From the NCBI GenBank assembly GCA_050575255.1, contig JBNZDD010013514.1:647985-711984 (forward strand): 64,000 nucleotides of DNA, read 5' to 3'. The translations under genes and the position numbers were made by a program. Of the stretch, positions 1 to 12,224 are shown piece after piece. Source of the DNA: Harriotta raleighana (Eukaryota). Each line of letters opens with the position of its first letter. Positions within the stretch are counted from its first letter, which is position 1. The notes below the pieces were generated by a model. It was not told the DNA's origin. It searched no databases and worked only from the letters and a program-made list of their open reading frames with translations.

Positions 1-364
1 AAGCAAGATTTGACGCCCAGTGTTGGTCTTGAACATGCTCACTGGGACACAGATACTTGTGTAGAGACATCTCTCCAACCTGTCTACATTCAGGGCTTGA
101 CTATACAAGCACTGGAGAATAATGATCAAAGATCTGACACTGAAGTGAGTGGAAACAGTTTTGTACGTGCGCTAAATTATAAATTAATCTTTCACAATGA
201 TAGCTGCACCAGCCAAGTGCGGTTTCTTTGCAACCCCCAACCTGAAGAATAGGAGCGGTAAAACTCAGCAAGATTGTTGGCTTCACAATGTTGTGGATAG
301 ATCACGGGTTGGTTGAGGTCAGGGGTATCAAGGCATTTGGGGCAAGGAGGGTAATTGGAGTTGA

Positions 365-430
365 GGTACAGGTCAGCCAATTCTACAGAACAGGCTTGAG
401 GGGCTGAAAGGCCCACTCCTGTTCCTGCAT
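365..430 (+). mobile_element. CR1 LINE 3' end fragment
   Basis: AACAGGCTTGAGGGGCTGAAAGGCCCACTCCTGTTCCT resembles the chondrichthyan CR1 3' tail. Confidence 0.6.
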
Positions 431-1879
431 TGTGTCTTCCATATGAGCAATCCCGAGGCGTGTAAGTAGATGGACTGATCTAAGTTTTAGTACAACTCAA
501 TAAAAGTTAGTCACGCCTGAGGGAAAATTACAGCTCTTGATAATAAGAGATTCACATGAAAGATTTTTAATACCAGATTAATTATCTTGATGCTGACATT
601 ACCATCACACACAAGTTTGCAGGTTTGACCCCTGGTAAGTGGATAAAGTGAAATATGCAGATTGCAGCAATTCTATTCACTTGTGTTTTGTTTATTCTGG
701 TGTTTATTTTCCATGAAATTTAAATTTAAAAAGAAATATTCTTGCTGATTTTAAATTGGTCTTAAATGAACTACAAGCTATGACTGCAAAAAAAATAAAC
801 TATGAAACTAGCATTTTGTGATATGGGAAGAGTGAATTGAAGTGCTTGGGGACGTTCTCCTGATGTAAAAGGCACAACATAAACGTATTGTGAATCTGAT
901 TGGCTTTGGTTTGGGTAAGGCACGCGAATGAGGAGCAGCTAAGAAGTGCTAAAGGGCATTTATTCACAAGAAATAAAATTAAATCAACATTTTAAAATTC
1001 TTATTGTGGTAAATTAATCTTCATGGTGGATAAATGGGAATTAACAAACTACCTAGAGTTGAGGATTAATCAACTGCAAAACATGGAATACGTTCCAATT
1101 ATCTCAATACACATAGCTTTCTAAAAGCACATCTGTCCACACTGCCTACGTTGCGAAGTGAACTAGTTAACTGAAAGAACGTGGGTAGGGCTTTGACATT
1201 AATTAGCTCGTTGTGGGATGTGGATGGTGAACTCTCTGAATGTTAACTGCAAAGTGGGACGCTAGGTTGACTTGTGCTACAATGTGTGTTGGGTTTTTAT
1301 TCGCCAGAGAACAATGGAGCATCGTCACTCTACGCACTGTGGAGAAGCGTCATTTTGCTGCTCACCCCGGCCCCATCATTTTCAATGTTGAGCAGACTTC
1401 ACAATCTGGGTCTTAAATCGAGACCCAAAAACCACGAGATATGTGGCCAGAAGCGGCTGATCCCGGCAGCCACACGCTGGTGACTACATTATATACTGAG
1501 GAGAATTATTATGGGGGGACCCATGCAGAAGGCACCCAAGCCAGATACCATTTCAGTTTTTTTTCTATAAAAAGCTTGCTCCAGATCTATTCCCATCCCT
1601 CCTACAGGTTATATTTGACCCACCTATAATAGATTTTTTCTTAATTTCCATAAAATGTAGCAATTTTTAGCAATTGATCAACTCCAAAAAAGATTAAATT
1701 CGCAGTGAATTTGAAAACTGTTGAAACAGGTCAATGAACCACGGGGACTGTGCCAGATTCCTCTGTGGAAAGCACACACTCAATGGTATTCAATGTCTGT
1801 TCAAAAAAATATATATTGCGGAGGTGGGGGAATGCAGAGCAGGTCATGGCACGGATGTGGGGTAGGAAGGATAGTTGAG

Positions 1880-2120
1880 GGTCCAACAAGACGTCAAGGC
1901 TCTAGACTGGCTTGATGAGATGGAGTGTACATCCATGGATGACTATGATGTCAGCACCTGAGGTGTGGGAGACAATCTGCAGGGCCTCAGTCCTGTTGGC
2001 TTTCAACTGAAGAAAGCTGGCTCTCATCCAGGACTCAATATCTGCCCGACAGCAGTGGTCCTGGAGTCAAGGGTGGAGGCAGAAAGGTACAGTTGGGTGT
2101 CACCCGTGTTCACGTGGAGT
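1880..2120 (-). mobile_element. L2 LINE reverse transcriptase fragment (decayed)
   Basis: Minus strand reads GDTQLYLSAS, then after a frameshift DIESWMRASFLQLKANRTE. This is like L2 YADDTQLYLS...DISSWMSANFLQLNPDKTE. Confidence 0.8.
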
Positions 2121-2214
2121 TCAATAAAATCATCCACTCCTTCAAGACGAGCACACTTTATACCCAAGTCCTAGAAAAACAACATTGCATCAATGGACAG
2201 GCCACCTTGCTTAC

Positions 2215-2397
2215 CTGCTATTTTCTTTACAGGTTGAAGGCGAACACTGATAGACTGGTGTGTGAGCAGTGGAGAGGAGGGGAGGGAGCGAGACATTCCT
2301 TCCATTATTCTTATGTGTTGCATTCCTTCAGAAACCGGGAGAGGCGGCGCAGAGTAATCTGCTTCAAAAGCACAATCGTTTTCTACACTGGACACAC
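2215..2397 (-). CDS. TANC2: TANC2 third coding exon (183 nt, [15 protein letters not shown]...[10 protein letters not shown])
   Basis: Lies inside ORF 2171..2410(-). Acceptor GTTTTGCTAG| and donor GCAG|GTAAGC, phase 1-1. [42 protein letters not shown] matches recalled vertebrate TANC2. Confidence 0.96.
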
Positions 2398-2482
2398 CTA
2401 GCAAAACCAAGGGGGGGAAAAAACAAGAGCGTTAGCCAAAAAGAACTCAACTGCACCTCTCAATATGGAATGGGAGTATCTA

Positions 2483-2703
2483 TAACAATAGTATCCTTGC
2501 ATTTGATACAGCGTTTTTCGCATCTTTTAGATGTCTCAAAGCGCTTCACAGAATATACTGTGAAGTGAATTGACTTCTATATATATTTGTGGGCGAAACA
2601 CAGCAGCCAAATACGCACAGCCTTGTCCCCCCCAAAACAGTTGTGGATTGAAATGACCAATTTTTATTATTGTGTTTTTTGGGGGGACGGATTATCCACG
2701 TGT
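2483..2703 (-). mobile_element. tRNA-Deu-L2 SINE, 3' part
   Basis: Reverse complement of the 3' half of the full copy at 36564-36900. Confidence 0.88.
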
Positions 2704-4633
2704 AACTAAAAGAAGTCCTCAGATATTCACAATACTGTCATTCCAGTGACAATTTAAGTATAAAACATATAAGGCAGAACTCTACAAACTCAACAGTCGT
2801 ATTTTTGTGTCAATAGAATGGTCAACTGGTTGCTTCAATATATTTTCCTCCGAGGTCAAATCATTGTCTCAATGGCCACTGGCTTTGTTCAAGGATGGTT
2901 AGAACTTCAATCTTGAGAGGAAAGGTTGCGAATCCGCCGAACAATTTGTGCAATGTGTAATAATTTTTCTTTTACAGTGATTGGTACAAGTAGCCCAACG
3001 ACTGACTCCCTGCAGATCCTCCAAAATATTCTTTGTTTTGAAACCCTAATTCCTTCCCCAAATTCGCAATGGAAAATTCCACACGAAGCAAACAGATCCC
3101 TGTGTACCCGTTAAGGCAAAAATGATTTACAATCATATTATACACATACATCAATCACCTTCCAATGACCTGGGATCACTGAACCGTAAAGGTTCGGATG
3201 ACACCGGAGTTTTACTCTAATGGCTTACAATGGATTACTGGTCTGTAATTCACTTACAGGTCGCCATTAGCTGCCATGTCATGCTTTCTGTGGTTTCAGC
3301 AATTCCACAGCTACATGGCTTTCTGTGGCTACCCCTGAACCAACTGTTAATTTTTTTTAAAAGAGTTACATTTGCCGCAGTTTAAATAAAAGCCCGACAA
3401 TGAAAAAAGAGAATAAAAAGCGGGCGACGAGAGGAGATCGAGAACCAATTTTTAAAAATGACATCAAATAATGCTCTTATATTTATTTGTAGCCATCCTC
3501 AAGAGATTTGATTTGGGTTTAATTTTACGTACATCAATGCTTAAATTAGATTGATTGGTTAGAACACTGGGATCTGAATATTAAACTGCATCAACTTTTA
3601 TTGTTTTCTTTGCAAAATTGCATACTCGATATTTCCTGCCTTTACAATTACCCGTTCCACTTTGTTTCGCAATGAAAATGTCTGGGTGGGAACTAATTCG
3701 ACCCTGAACTGCTTCATTTATAAAAAGCAATTCAAGAAAACATGCACACAGCGCGGCAGCCCAATTACAATGACCTATGGGAATGGGCAGGGTGGGGGAA
3801 CGAGAGGAGAGGGTTGTGGGAACAGTGTGCAGTCAGCCAACTGACCCTCCTGATCTCTTTCAGGAAAGGAGATGGATTCATGAGCACGGTTGTCTCAGGG
3901 GCAATGCTGCCAGCCTGCCAGATACATCGCCATTTGCCTTTTCAATTAACGAACAATAGTGTTATTTCGTCCCTCGGTACACCAGCCCTCTGGGATTCCA
4001 CTAAGTCAGTCACAGGTTCAAGCAGAGAGATATGTGCAATACCGTGTCACTCCAAATGGAAACATTGAGCGAAATCACAGAACCATGTTAACAACAAAAC
4101 TGCGTTTCCAAACGTGGAAAATATTCCCTCAGTTATTCCCAAATCCTCGTAATTGAGACAAGCTCATTCTCTCCGCATGGCAAACAAGATAAGGGGAGCC
4201 CGACCACCTACGCAACCTTTATGACAATATTCCGTTGAACATATATACAAAGAGCAGCAAATAAGCAGGCTTCATAACGTTTGATTACCAGCCTGCTCAG
4301 AATCAAACTCCTCTATCCCTATCTGGGCAACAAAGAGACACAACTCTCTCACAAGGCATGTCCTCCTGACTTGAATGACACAATATGAATGCAAATTTGT
4401 ATTGTATTCTGATCCTCTCCCACCATAACAGGTGACAAGAGAGTTGTTAACCCAGCACCATTTGCAGGTACAAAAAAACACATTGCTTGATGGGGGAGTG
4501 CTGTCATTACTGACTGCTTAACATTCTACTGCTCAGGTCTTCCTACAAGAGTACGGGGTTATTAGAATGACTACCTTCAGTTCCTGAACCTCGCGAATTA
4601 TCTATGGCAAGAGGGGGAAAAAGAAGAAACGGA

Positions 4634-4947
4634 AATAATAATAATCCTTGCATTCCATAGAGCGTTTTATACGTCTTCTAGACATCTCAAACCGCTTCAC
4701 AGAATAAACTGTAAAATGAATTGACTGTACAGATATGAGCGAAACGCGGCAGCCAATTGTGCACAGCAGTATCTCACAAACAGTTGTGGATTGAAGTGAC
4801 CAATTTATTATTGGGGGATTTTTCTTCAGCGACTATTATTAGCGGTGTGGAGTAAGGAAACTTGCCCAAGGTGACACCCTGATAGGAATCGAACCCAGCC
4901 CTCTTGCTTGCGAGGTTAGTGGTTCTAACCACTAATCTACAGGACTC
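4634..4947 (-). mobile_element. tRNA-Deu-L2 SINE, full length
   Basis: tRNA-like head, Deu core GAAACGCGGCAGCCAATTGTGCACAGCAG and (ATT)n tail. Confidence 0.92.
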
Positions 4948-7454
4948 AAAAGTAATGGAAATCTTGCTTGGCGGAACGTAAAGCCAGATATCTGGCAGCC
5001 TCCTCTATAAGGACATAAGAGTCAATCACCCAATGATCAATCCATGGACAATGGCCAAATTACCAACCTTTGAATACAAGATCCATTTGTGTGCCTGCAC
5101 TTTGTTTCTGTTGAATGTGCCTCTGCCTGACTTTGTGTCGTTCCCCAGTGACGTATTCAGTTGACAGTTTCACAAGTTCAGTTGGCATCAATGCCACAAT
5201 TCCAGCGCATTAAATCAGAGCACTCGCGCTAAACACTGCCTATATTGTTTTACAAACTCAACCAATGTCATGTCGCCGGTTAGCACAGAGAAAGAAGTCC
5301 TTGATCTCTCAAATCAATCAGGGTCAGTTGAGCCACCCATGCAGTCCTGGGAACGCATCACTCAAACAGCCTCTCAGATGGATTATGGAGCTTGGTAGTT
5401 TGAGGATAGAGAGCTATCGGGGCCGGGAGATTTTGCTTTGGATCATTTTACATTGATTTATGTTCTGTTGTACATTGAACATATACATATGGCGTACGAC
5501 ATGCATCAAGACAGAAGCACAATTCCACAACACAAACACATTAAATCATATCACAGGTACTCTGGATAATTTAGTATTAATTTACTTAGAAAGGATACTC
5601 GGCCCTGATCTGAACAAAAAAACACTGTTAAGGCAGAATCCAACTACGGAATAGTTATTTGATTTATGGGCAAGTGCTCTAAGAATAATTATTTAATCAA
5701 ACAACAGAGCATCCAATATTATATTAAAACAGAACCTTATCAGAACCAGACTATCGGAGCAGGATTTGCTAGCTTCAAATACTATAGTAATTATTGAAGG
5801 ATTTGACTTCAAATGCTGTAGTAATTACTGCTGCTACAAACATAATTGCATCAATTCCAATAGCATTTTGCATTCAAATGAATAAGATTTGTGTGTTAAG
5901 CTTATTTACATGAAAATGAATTAAAACAATTCTTTAAGGCTTCACTCGTTTCTATAATTCTTACAGTACAATATTCAACACCGGAAAGCTGCCTTCAGAG
6001 GCTAATAGGAAACCTGAACTTTGGAAGTTGCAAAGCTGCTCTGGTGTTCAAGGTTTAATAGAAACATATATAATCTTCACTAAGTTTCACATAAACGGAT
6101 GATGATTAATTTCAGAGCTCGAGGACAGCAGTGAAAGTTTCAGAAAACTGTAATCGAATCAAATGAAAAAAAAACTATTCTTTAAATTTTGAGAAAAATG
6201 TTCTAAAATGTACTGCATGGGACAACTGCACACCTATTATTATTCCTCACAATGGGGAGAGCACTCACTCAAATTGTTCTCCAAGTTTAAAACATAGGTT
6301 CAATAAAATAAAATTCAAAAACAATGCACAGTAATAGGAAATCAGAAGAAAAACAGGCAAACAGATTCAACACAATTGATTTGAAGAACAGAGAACAGAG
6401 TAAAACAGAAAGCACATTATACCTGGCCTAAATGACTGGCTCACTGGCAGCACAACTTGCTATAGAAGGCAGAATGATCCAAACTGAAGCCCAGCAACAA
6501 CAATACAAAGCCCTAAAAAGCCACACCTTTCATTTGCTTACACCACACTGGTCTGACATCACTCTAATTGTCGCAGCTTAGTTTGCGCTTGGGATTGTAT
6601 CCAGCAATCCAGTGTAACCTCCACAGTGAATATTAATAAACAGACACACATCCTAATAACTTTATTCAAGCAACCCATATCTACATGGTGAATTACACAG
6701 GCACAACCAATACATCCTTTGGAATTTCAAATATACAAATCATCTTTAACATATTTACCTACAGATACTTTAAACGAACAAAATGGAGCTGCTTAACACA
6801 TACCCAAGTCAGCGCCATGAAGTGTGCAGTGTAGTTTATTTATTGATGAAGAACGCACAAATGAATCGGTTAGAATTACACAAAGCGTCAATGAGAACAC
6901 TCATCTTAGCTCACACTCACAGGCTGATTTATAGCGAGCATCCGCACGAACATTTAAAATTGTGGCAATGACTCATTGTACAAACAGATTGTGTATCTCA
7001 TTACATTCTGAATATTGCAGTTAGCATTCGGAAGGTAATTCACTGCTAAAAGTTAAGAAAGAGTGCTGTTTCTTTCAACACATCTGTATTTTTCCCCTCA
7101 TCCCCCATTCATATGATAGCACAGAACTTCTAGTCACAATGGCCACATCAGACAATATTCTGGAGTCAATGTCATTACAATAATTGCTTTGAGCTTGAAA
7201 CTCCACTAAGTCTAAACTTTTTTTTTGACAATTTATGTTTCGCCCACACCCCCCAGGTAGTTGGTAAATTCACTTTTAAATTAGCCGAAAGTGTGGGAGG
7301 TAGGAGAGAGAAATGAAAAGAGCTTAATATCACTGATATGTTGAAACAGCCTGAAAGAATGAAAAGCATTTCCATTTAAACAGGAATTAAATCCAAGCAG
7401 TGAACTCAGTCATTCCATTTGCTAGAGTTCAATTTACATCCAAAATGAGATCAT

Positions 7455-7513
7455 GCTAATAATAATAATAATAAGCCTTGGAATTGATATAGTGTTTGTC
7501 ATGTTTTCTAGAC
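7455..7513 (-). mobile_element. SINE 3' tail interrupted by a hAT MITE
   Basis: (AAT)n-CCTTGGAATTGATATAG...TTCTAGA matches the SINE tail. Confidence 0.65.
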
Positions 7514-7814
7514 CAGTGGTTCTCAATCAGGGGTACGTGTACCCCAGGAGGTACAAAATTACTTCCAGGGGTTACAGGTTGCGTTACATTGATTTATTTA
7601 GCTCTTATTTAGCGTTTTATAGCCTTCCAAATTGTATATTTAATTGTTATTCCCCTCGTTTTGTATGTGCTAGGTATTTTGTTATATAAGAAAATCTTGG
7701 TCATAAAATGCAAGTGGAATGAGGTGAGTGATGTGTGTGTGTGGTTGAGTGGGGTACACGATAATGTTGAAAATTAACAAGGGGTACATTATTGAAAAGG
7801 GTTGAGAACCACTG
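7514..7814. mobile_element. Non-autonomous hAT (Charlie-type) DNA transposon / MITE, 301 bp
   Basis: TIRs CAGTGGTTCTCAA / TTGAGAACCACTG. The 8-bp TSD is TTCTAGAC / TTCTAGAT. Subterminal GGGGTAC motifs. Confidence 0.92.
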
Positions 7815-8104
7815 TTCTAGATTGTGTCTATAGGGTTTATAGATTAATCCTGCCAAAAGCGTCAATTTCACTTCAGCCAATGGGCATCTGAACCTGGCAT
7901 CTGAAGAACTCAAGCAATTAAGCGTTTTGACCACAAAGGCAGCTCCTTCACATCTCTTTGGTAATTTGCTCCTTCAATGACCCCACCCAACTAAGTTACC
8001 CACCACAGAGAAAGTTCTGACTGACCCAAAGGTCATCAGACAAATCTGAATATCTGTGCCTCTTGCAGCTAATAATCTTACTGCAACTATAAGCTTTCCA
8101 TAAA

Positions 8105-8241
8105 GCTCAGTGGTTAGAGCACTCGCCTTACAAGCTTGAGACCTGTGTTCGAAACCAGGCAGGTCAGGGTGAAACCGTGGGCAAGTTACTCCACACGCTT
8201 AATAATAATCCCTCCAATAAAAACCACACAATAATAAAATT
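8105..8241 (+). mobile_element. tRNA-Deu-L2 SINE, 5' part
   Basis: A box GCTCAGTGGTTAGAGC and B box GTTCGAAACC. Matches the head of the 36564 copy. Confidence 0.88.
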
Positions 8242-9408
8242 GTGTTTGCTGGCTACTCTACTCGAGTTATCTACTGTTATTCTGTTCACCCGCTCTTTAA
8301 CCAAACTCCTTTATTTTTCCACATGTCTTTGTTTAAAGAATAACAGCAGAACCAATGTAATAGCCGTAATATTCTCCAAGGATATGATCTGATTCCCGTG
8401 TATTTTATTAAGTAGCTAGCTGTTAACAAATGGATTACATCTGTACTTCCTTCCAGGTTATATAGTCAGCTATTTTAAGAATTTAAAAAGCCTATGGCCT
8501 TTTAATAGTGGGACTGAGAGAGAAGATAGATTCACATGTTTTATTAAAAATGTAACTGTTGCATATTTAAAACATTTATGCTATTAAAAGTGCATTCTAC
8601 AGCACTGCATAGCATAATTTTGAAGTCACGTGTCTATATTATCCACAATAGCAATGCTATTAAATACTGCACCACAAACTCTCATTTTCTCAGATCTGCT
8701 GCTGTGCTGGTGTCCTGAAGAGCAACTGGACTCAATACCTGAAATGAATCTAGTTTGCACACATAACTGGTGACAACCCGTCACAGAACAGCCAGGCGCA
8801 GGTGGAAAATCCAAAGAAATTTGTTTTACTCCAAATTCTGTCCATTTTGTGAAAAGGCCCATTCAATGTAAACTTTCCGAATATAATTGCTATTTTAGGT
8901 TAGCAAACTCTGATTTTCTCCCCAATTTGAGCAGAATGCAGACAGGGCAATGTAATGAAGTGCAGAGGCATTTCACCAGCACCCTCAACAACATCAAAAC
9001 AACAAAATTACACTTGTTTAACGCCTTTCACCTCATTGCAACAGCAGCACAAGAGTTCACTACAGAAGGCCATTGATCTCTGAGCAGTGCTATACAGTCA
9101 GAAATAATACTCTTGTACTGTCAGAAATAGTCAGATGTCGATACTGAAATATTTCAGGAACGTTTCTTCCCTCTATTTGAATTAGTTTGGTGTATCACAG
9201 CACGCCTTGCTATCCGAAACCTTGGTTCCCAGTGTTCAAAATACTTTCAGGATTAAATTTATCAAACATAAAAGAATCTATCAACTACATGGCTACAGCC
9301 CGCTGAGTACATTATGGTAAACCAGTGGGTATTCCAATTCCTACATAATATATTCTGTCAAATTCACTGACCCTGCATTATATTCTGGGTTGGTGATGCA
9401 TTTATTAC

Positions 9409-9480
9409 CTTGTCCAGGTCTATTTTGTCGAGGTTCTAGGTTTGTTTGTCTCCGTTCTAACTGTTCCTCATTCCCACCAT
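9409..9480 (-). CDS. TANC2: TANC2 second coding exon (72 nt, [24 protein letters not shown])
   Basis: Acceptor TGTTTTTGCAG| with GCTAAC branch point and donor CAAG|GTAATA, phase 1-1. Aligns with recalled human [24 protein letters not shown]. Confidence 0.93.
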
Positions 9481-9665
9481 CTGCAAAAACACAAGTGGCA
9501 AAGGTACGTTAGCAAAACACAAGTGCCAAAGGTATGTTAACAGTAAAACTCCTACAGTTGTCCTCTTATCTATAGCATCAGGTCTCATTACAGGATCAGC
9601 ACACAAAGCTGCCTGCACAGTTGGCAAGGATAAAGACTGCCGGGTATCTATTGCAAATCTATTCT

Positions 9666-9967
9666 GGAGTCTTGTAGCTCAGTGGTTGCCCCACTTGCCT
9701 TACAAGCGAAAGACCTGGGTTCAATTCCAGGCAGGGCGAAACCTTGGGCACGTTCCCTTACTCCACACGCCTGCTAATAATCCCTCGGAAAAAAAATTTA
9801 AAAATTGTCTTTTCAATCCACGACTGTTTGCGGGACACTGCTGGGCAGCATTGGCGGCTGTGTTTTGCCCACAGAATACAAAATCGTTCCAATATATTCC
9901 GTGAAGTGCATCAAAACATCTTGACGTGATAAGGAGTATATGAAACTCAAGGATTATTATTATTATT
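9666..9967 (+). mobile_element. tRNA-Deu-L2 SINE, full length
   Basis: GGAGTCTTGTAGCTCAGTGG head through to the AAGGATTATTATT tail. Confidence 0.9.
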
Positions 9968-9991
9968 TACAGGACGCAACCTCGAGGAGCG

Positions 9992-10010
9992 GATCCACTA
10001 GGTGGTGCTC
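9992..10010 (+). promoter_or_regulatory. Candidate CTCF site
   Basis: CCACTAGGTGGTGC is close to the CCASYAGRKGGC consensus. Motif match only. Confidence 0.4.
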
Positions 10011-11520
10011 CTGTATATAAAGGCTGTGCAAAAACTGTTTATAATAGACTACCTGCTCATCGGTCGACAATGTTGCACTAAATTAATTTGCCTTCACGAC
10101 GAGTCTAGGTTTATATTTCCAGATATCTCTGACCCAACCGTGTTAGGATTTGACCTAATCATTTTATTGTTCCATTTAACAGCATTACACCTGACACTTT
10201 ACCAGTTAGCTATTGATTATTGGAAGTACATAGCTGATAGATGACCATTTTAAGTCATGATAAACTCCCATTAACTTGTTTTCTATAGAAAAACAATGGT
10301 GTCATTGTCTGATTATGTTCCCAGCTTTCCATTGGCGTATTTGACTGGGGCAGCAGGGATCCACCCAGATCAACATGCAAATTCATATTCCAGTAATGAA
10401 TTAATAGATATTGTGGTTTCCCCCCCCCACCCCCACAAAGGTTCAACTCGTACAATCACCGTACAGTACACAAAAGCAGTTTCTATTCTAGTTTTTTGGG
10501 AGAAATTATAATTACTTTTGGGATGCCAGTCAGACACTCACTCATACATACACCCTCCTCGGCAGCTGAATAACACCCGAGTGCTTGCCAATTCAACTCT
10601 CAGCTCTTCAGCGCACCATATATTTCAATGTACCCTGCAGCAGTGGCACCATGTTGGCAGACGAAAAGACAGCCAAGCCAAAGGAATACATACTCACTTC
10701 ACTGCCCGCCTGTCAGCCATAACCAGAGATCTGGAAGTCAACCAGAAGGTTTTGTTCTAGCCTTGGGACTCTCTGGTCTTAGTCCACAATACAAACGTTA
10801 GACACTTCACCTACAACATTGTCATGAAACACTTTCATGGTGCCACCCAACTCCCCCCCCAAGAATAATACAGGACAGAATTCTTACATACTGTGCTCAA
10901 CATTAAAAGTTAACGTTTGAAGAAACACCTGTTACACCATTTGCAAGTCTATTTTGCCAAATAACATTATAACGTCTATAATTCTGATTGGTTGTGAATA
11001 ATTGTGAACCAAGTAAGTAATCATGGCAATTAGAATTTTTTTTTATATTGAGAGATCAATTTATCTTGTGTGCCCTGGGTCTCACTCTGTCATCAGTCAT
11101 CAAGGCTACATTTACAGTACAATTTAACTTGCTGTTTAGGTGGGAGAGTTTTTTTGTGGGGGGGAAACGGGAGGAGAAAAAGGCCAATTGAGTCCATAAA
11201 AACAAGAAACTTAGCAAGCAACCCTTGGGTGCAGAATGGAGATCAGCGACTTGTCCACCATGACCCCACTCACTAGTTTAGTATCCTTTCAAATACACTG
11301 GAGATTTTCACTCATCTTGCAGCACACAATGTCAGTGACAGATTATAAATCATGCATCGTTTTGGGATGGTAAGAACGCTGCTTGGAATGAAGTCTTGAA
11401 TGCAATCGGTTACCCTGGCAACTCCATCTCTGTGCAATCCATTCACAACAGAACATTTTCTGGTTTTGTTTTTAAGATCGATTTTCATACCAGGGGTTCA
11501 GAAATTACAAAATATAGATA

Positions 11521-11521
11521 C

Positions 11522-11553
<32 letters not shown>

Positions 11554-11560
11554 TATACAC
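11521..11560. repeat. (TA)n(CA)n microsatellite
   Basis: Directly visible. Confidence 0.9.
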
Positions 11561-11712
11561 AAAATTATTTTGAATCATCTTCTGCCAAAATATTAGCATT
11601 GCTTTCAATATGGAGATGAGCTTCTGTTGCATGAAAATCCCAGCTCTCTGCGGTTAGATGGTGGGTGTGGATTCCCGAGAATATTTCAGCCATCGTCTAC
11701 ATTTTCTCCTGC

Positions 11713-11909
11713 GAGGCACGTCTCAAGACTCTTCTCTTCGACCGCGCCTTTGGCCGCCCTCCTACCGCTAACCCTCTCTGCCCTCCACCCTCTTTCTAAT
11801 CCCAACCCCCACTCCCCTGGTCGGGTCCAAATCCCCGACTGTCCAGAGCCTTGGGACGTCCTCCCGATGCGAGAGGCGCTTTGTAAAATATAATTTTCTA
11901 GTCGTTGTG
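11713..11909 (+). mobile_element. L2 LINE 3' end
   Basis: CTCAAGACTCTTCTCTTCGAC (ORF2 end), C-rich UTR and CCTTGGGACGTCCTCCCGA tail. Confidence 0.85.
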
Positions 11910-12224
11910 GATGGTGGGAATGTATACAGAAGATTGAGTGGAGTTAGACACCTGACCAAACACTTTCTATAGAAAAAATGCTCTATGTTATTGCGTAGAA
12001 ATACAGCAGCTTGCATTTATATAGCAAAGATATGTCCACAGTTTCATTCATCCGGTTTTACATTCTAACGTTCTCATTCGTTTTGAAAGGACCACGGGAT
12101 CCTGTGGTTGCCATGGGATTTCACCAGGACCAAGGTACCTTGTCACGATTACAAACTGTATTAGGTAATCATTCGGAAACAGCTCAGTTCACATTAAATT
12201 GTCATTGCAGGCAATCTGCTTTTC

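Noticed and set aside
1-2214. Next TANC2 coding exon (expected APLRKAKFVESPR-like peptide)
   Set aside because: I found no such peptide with splice sites. It probably lies beyond the window start.
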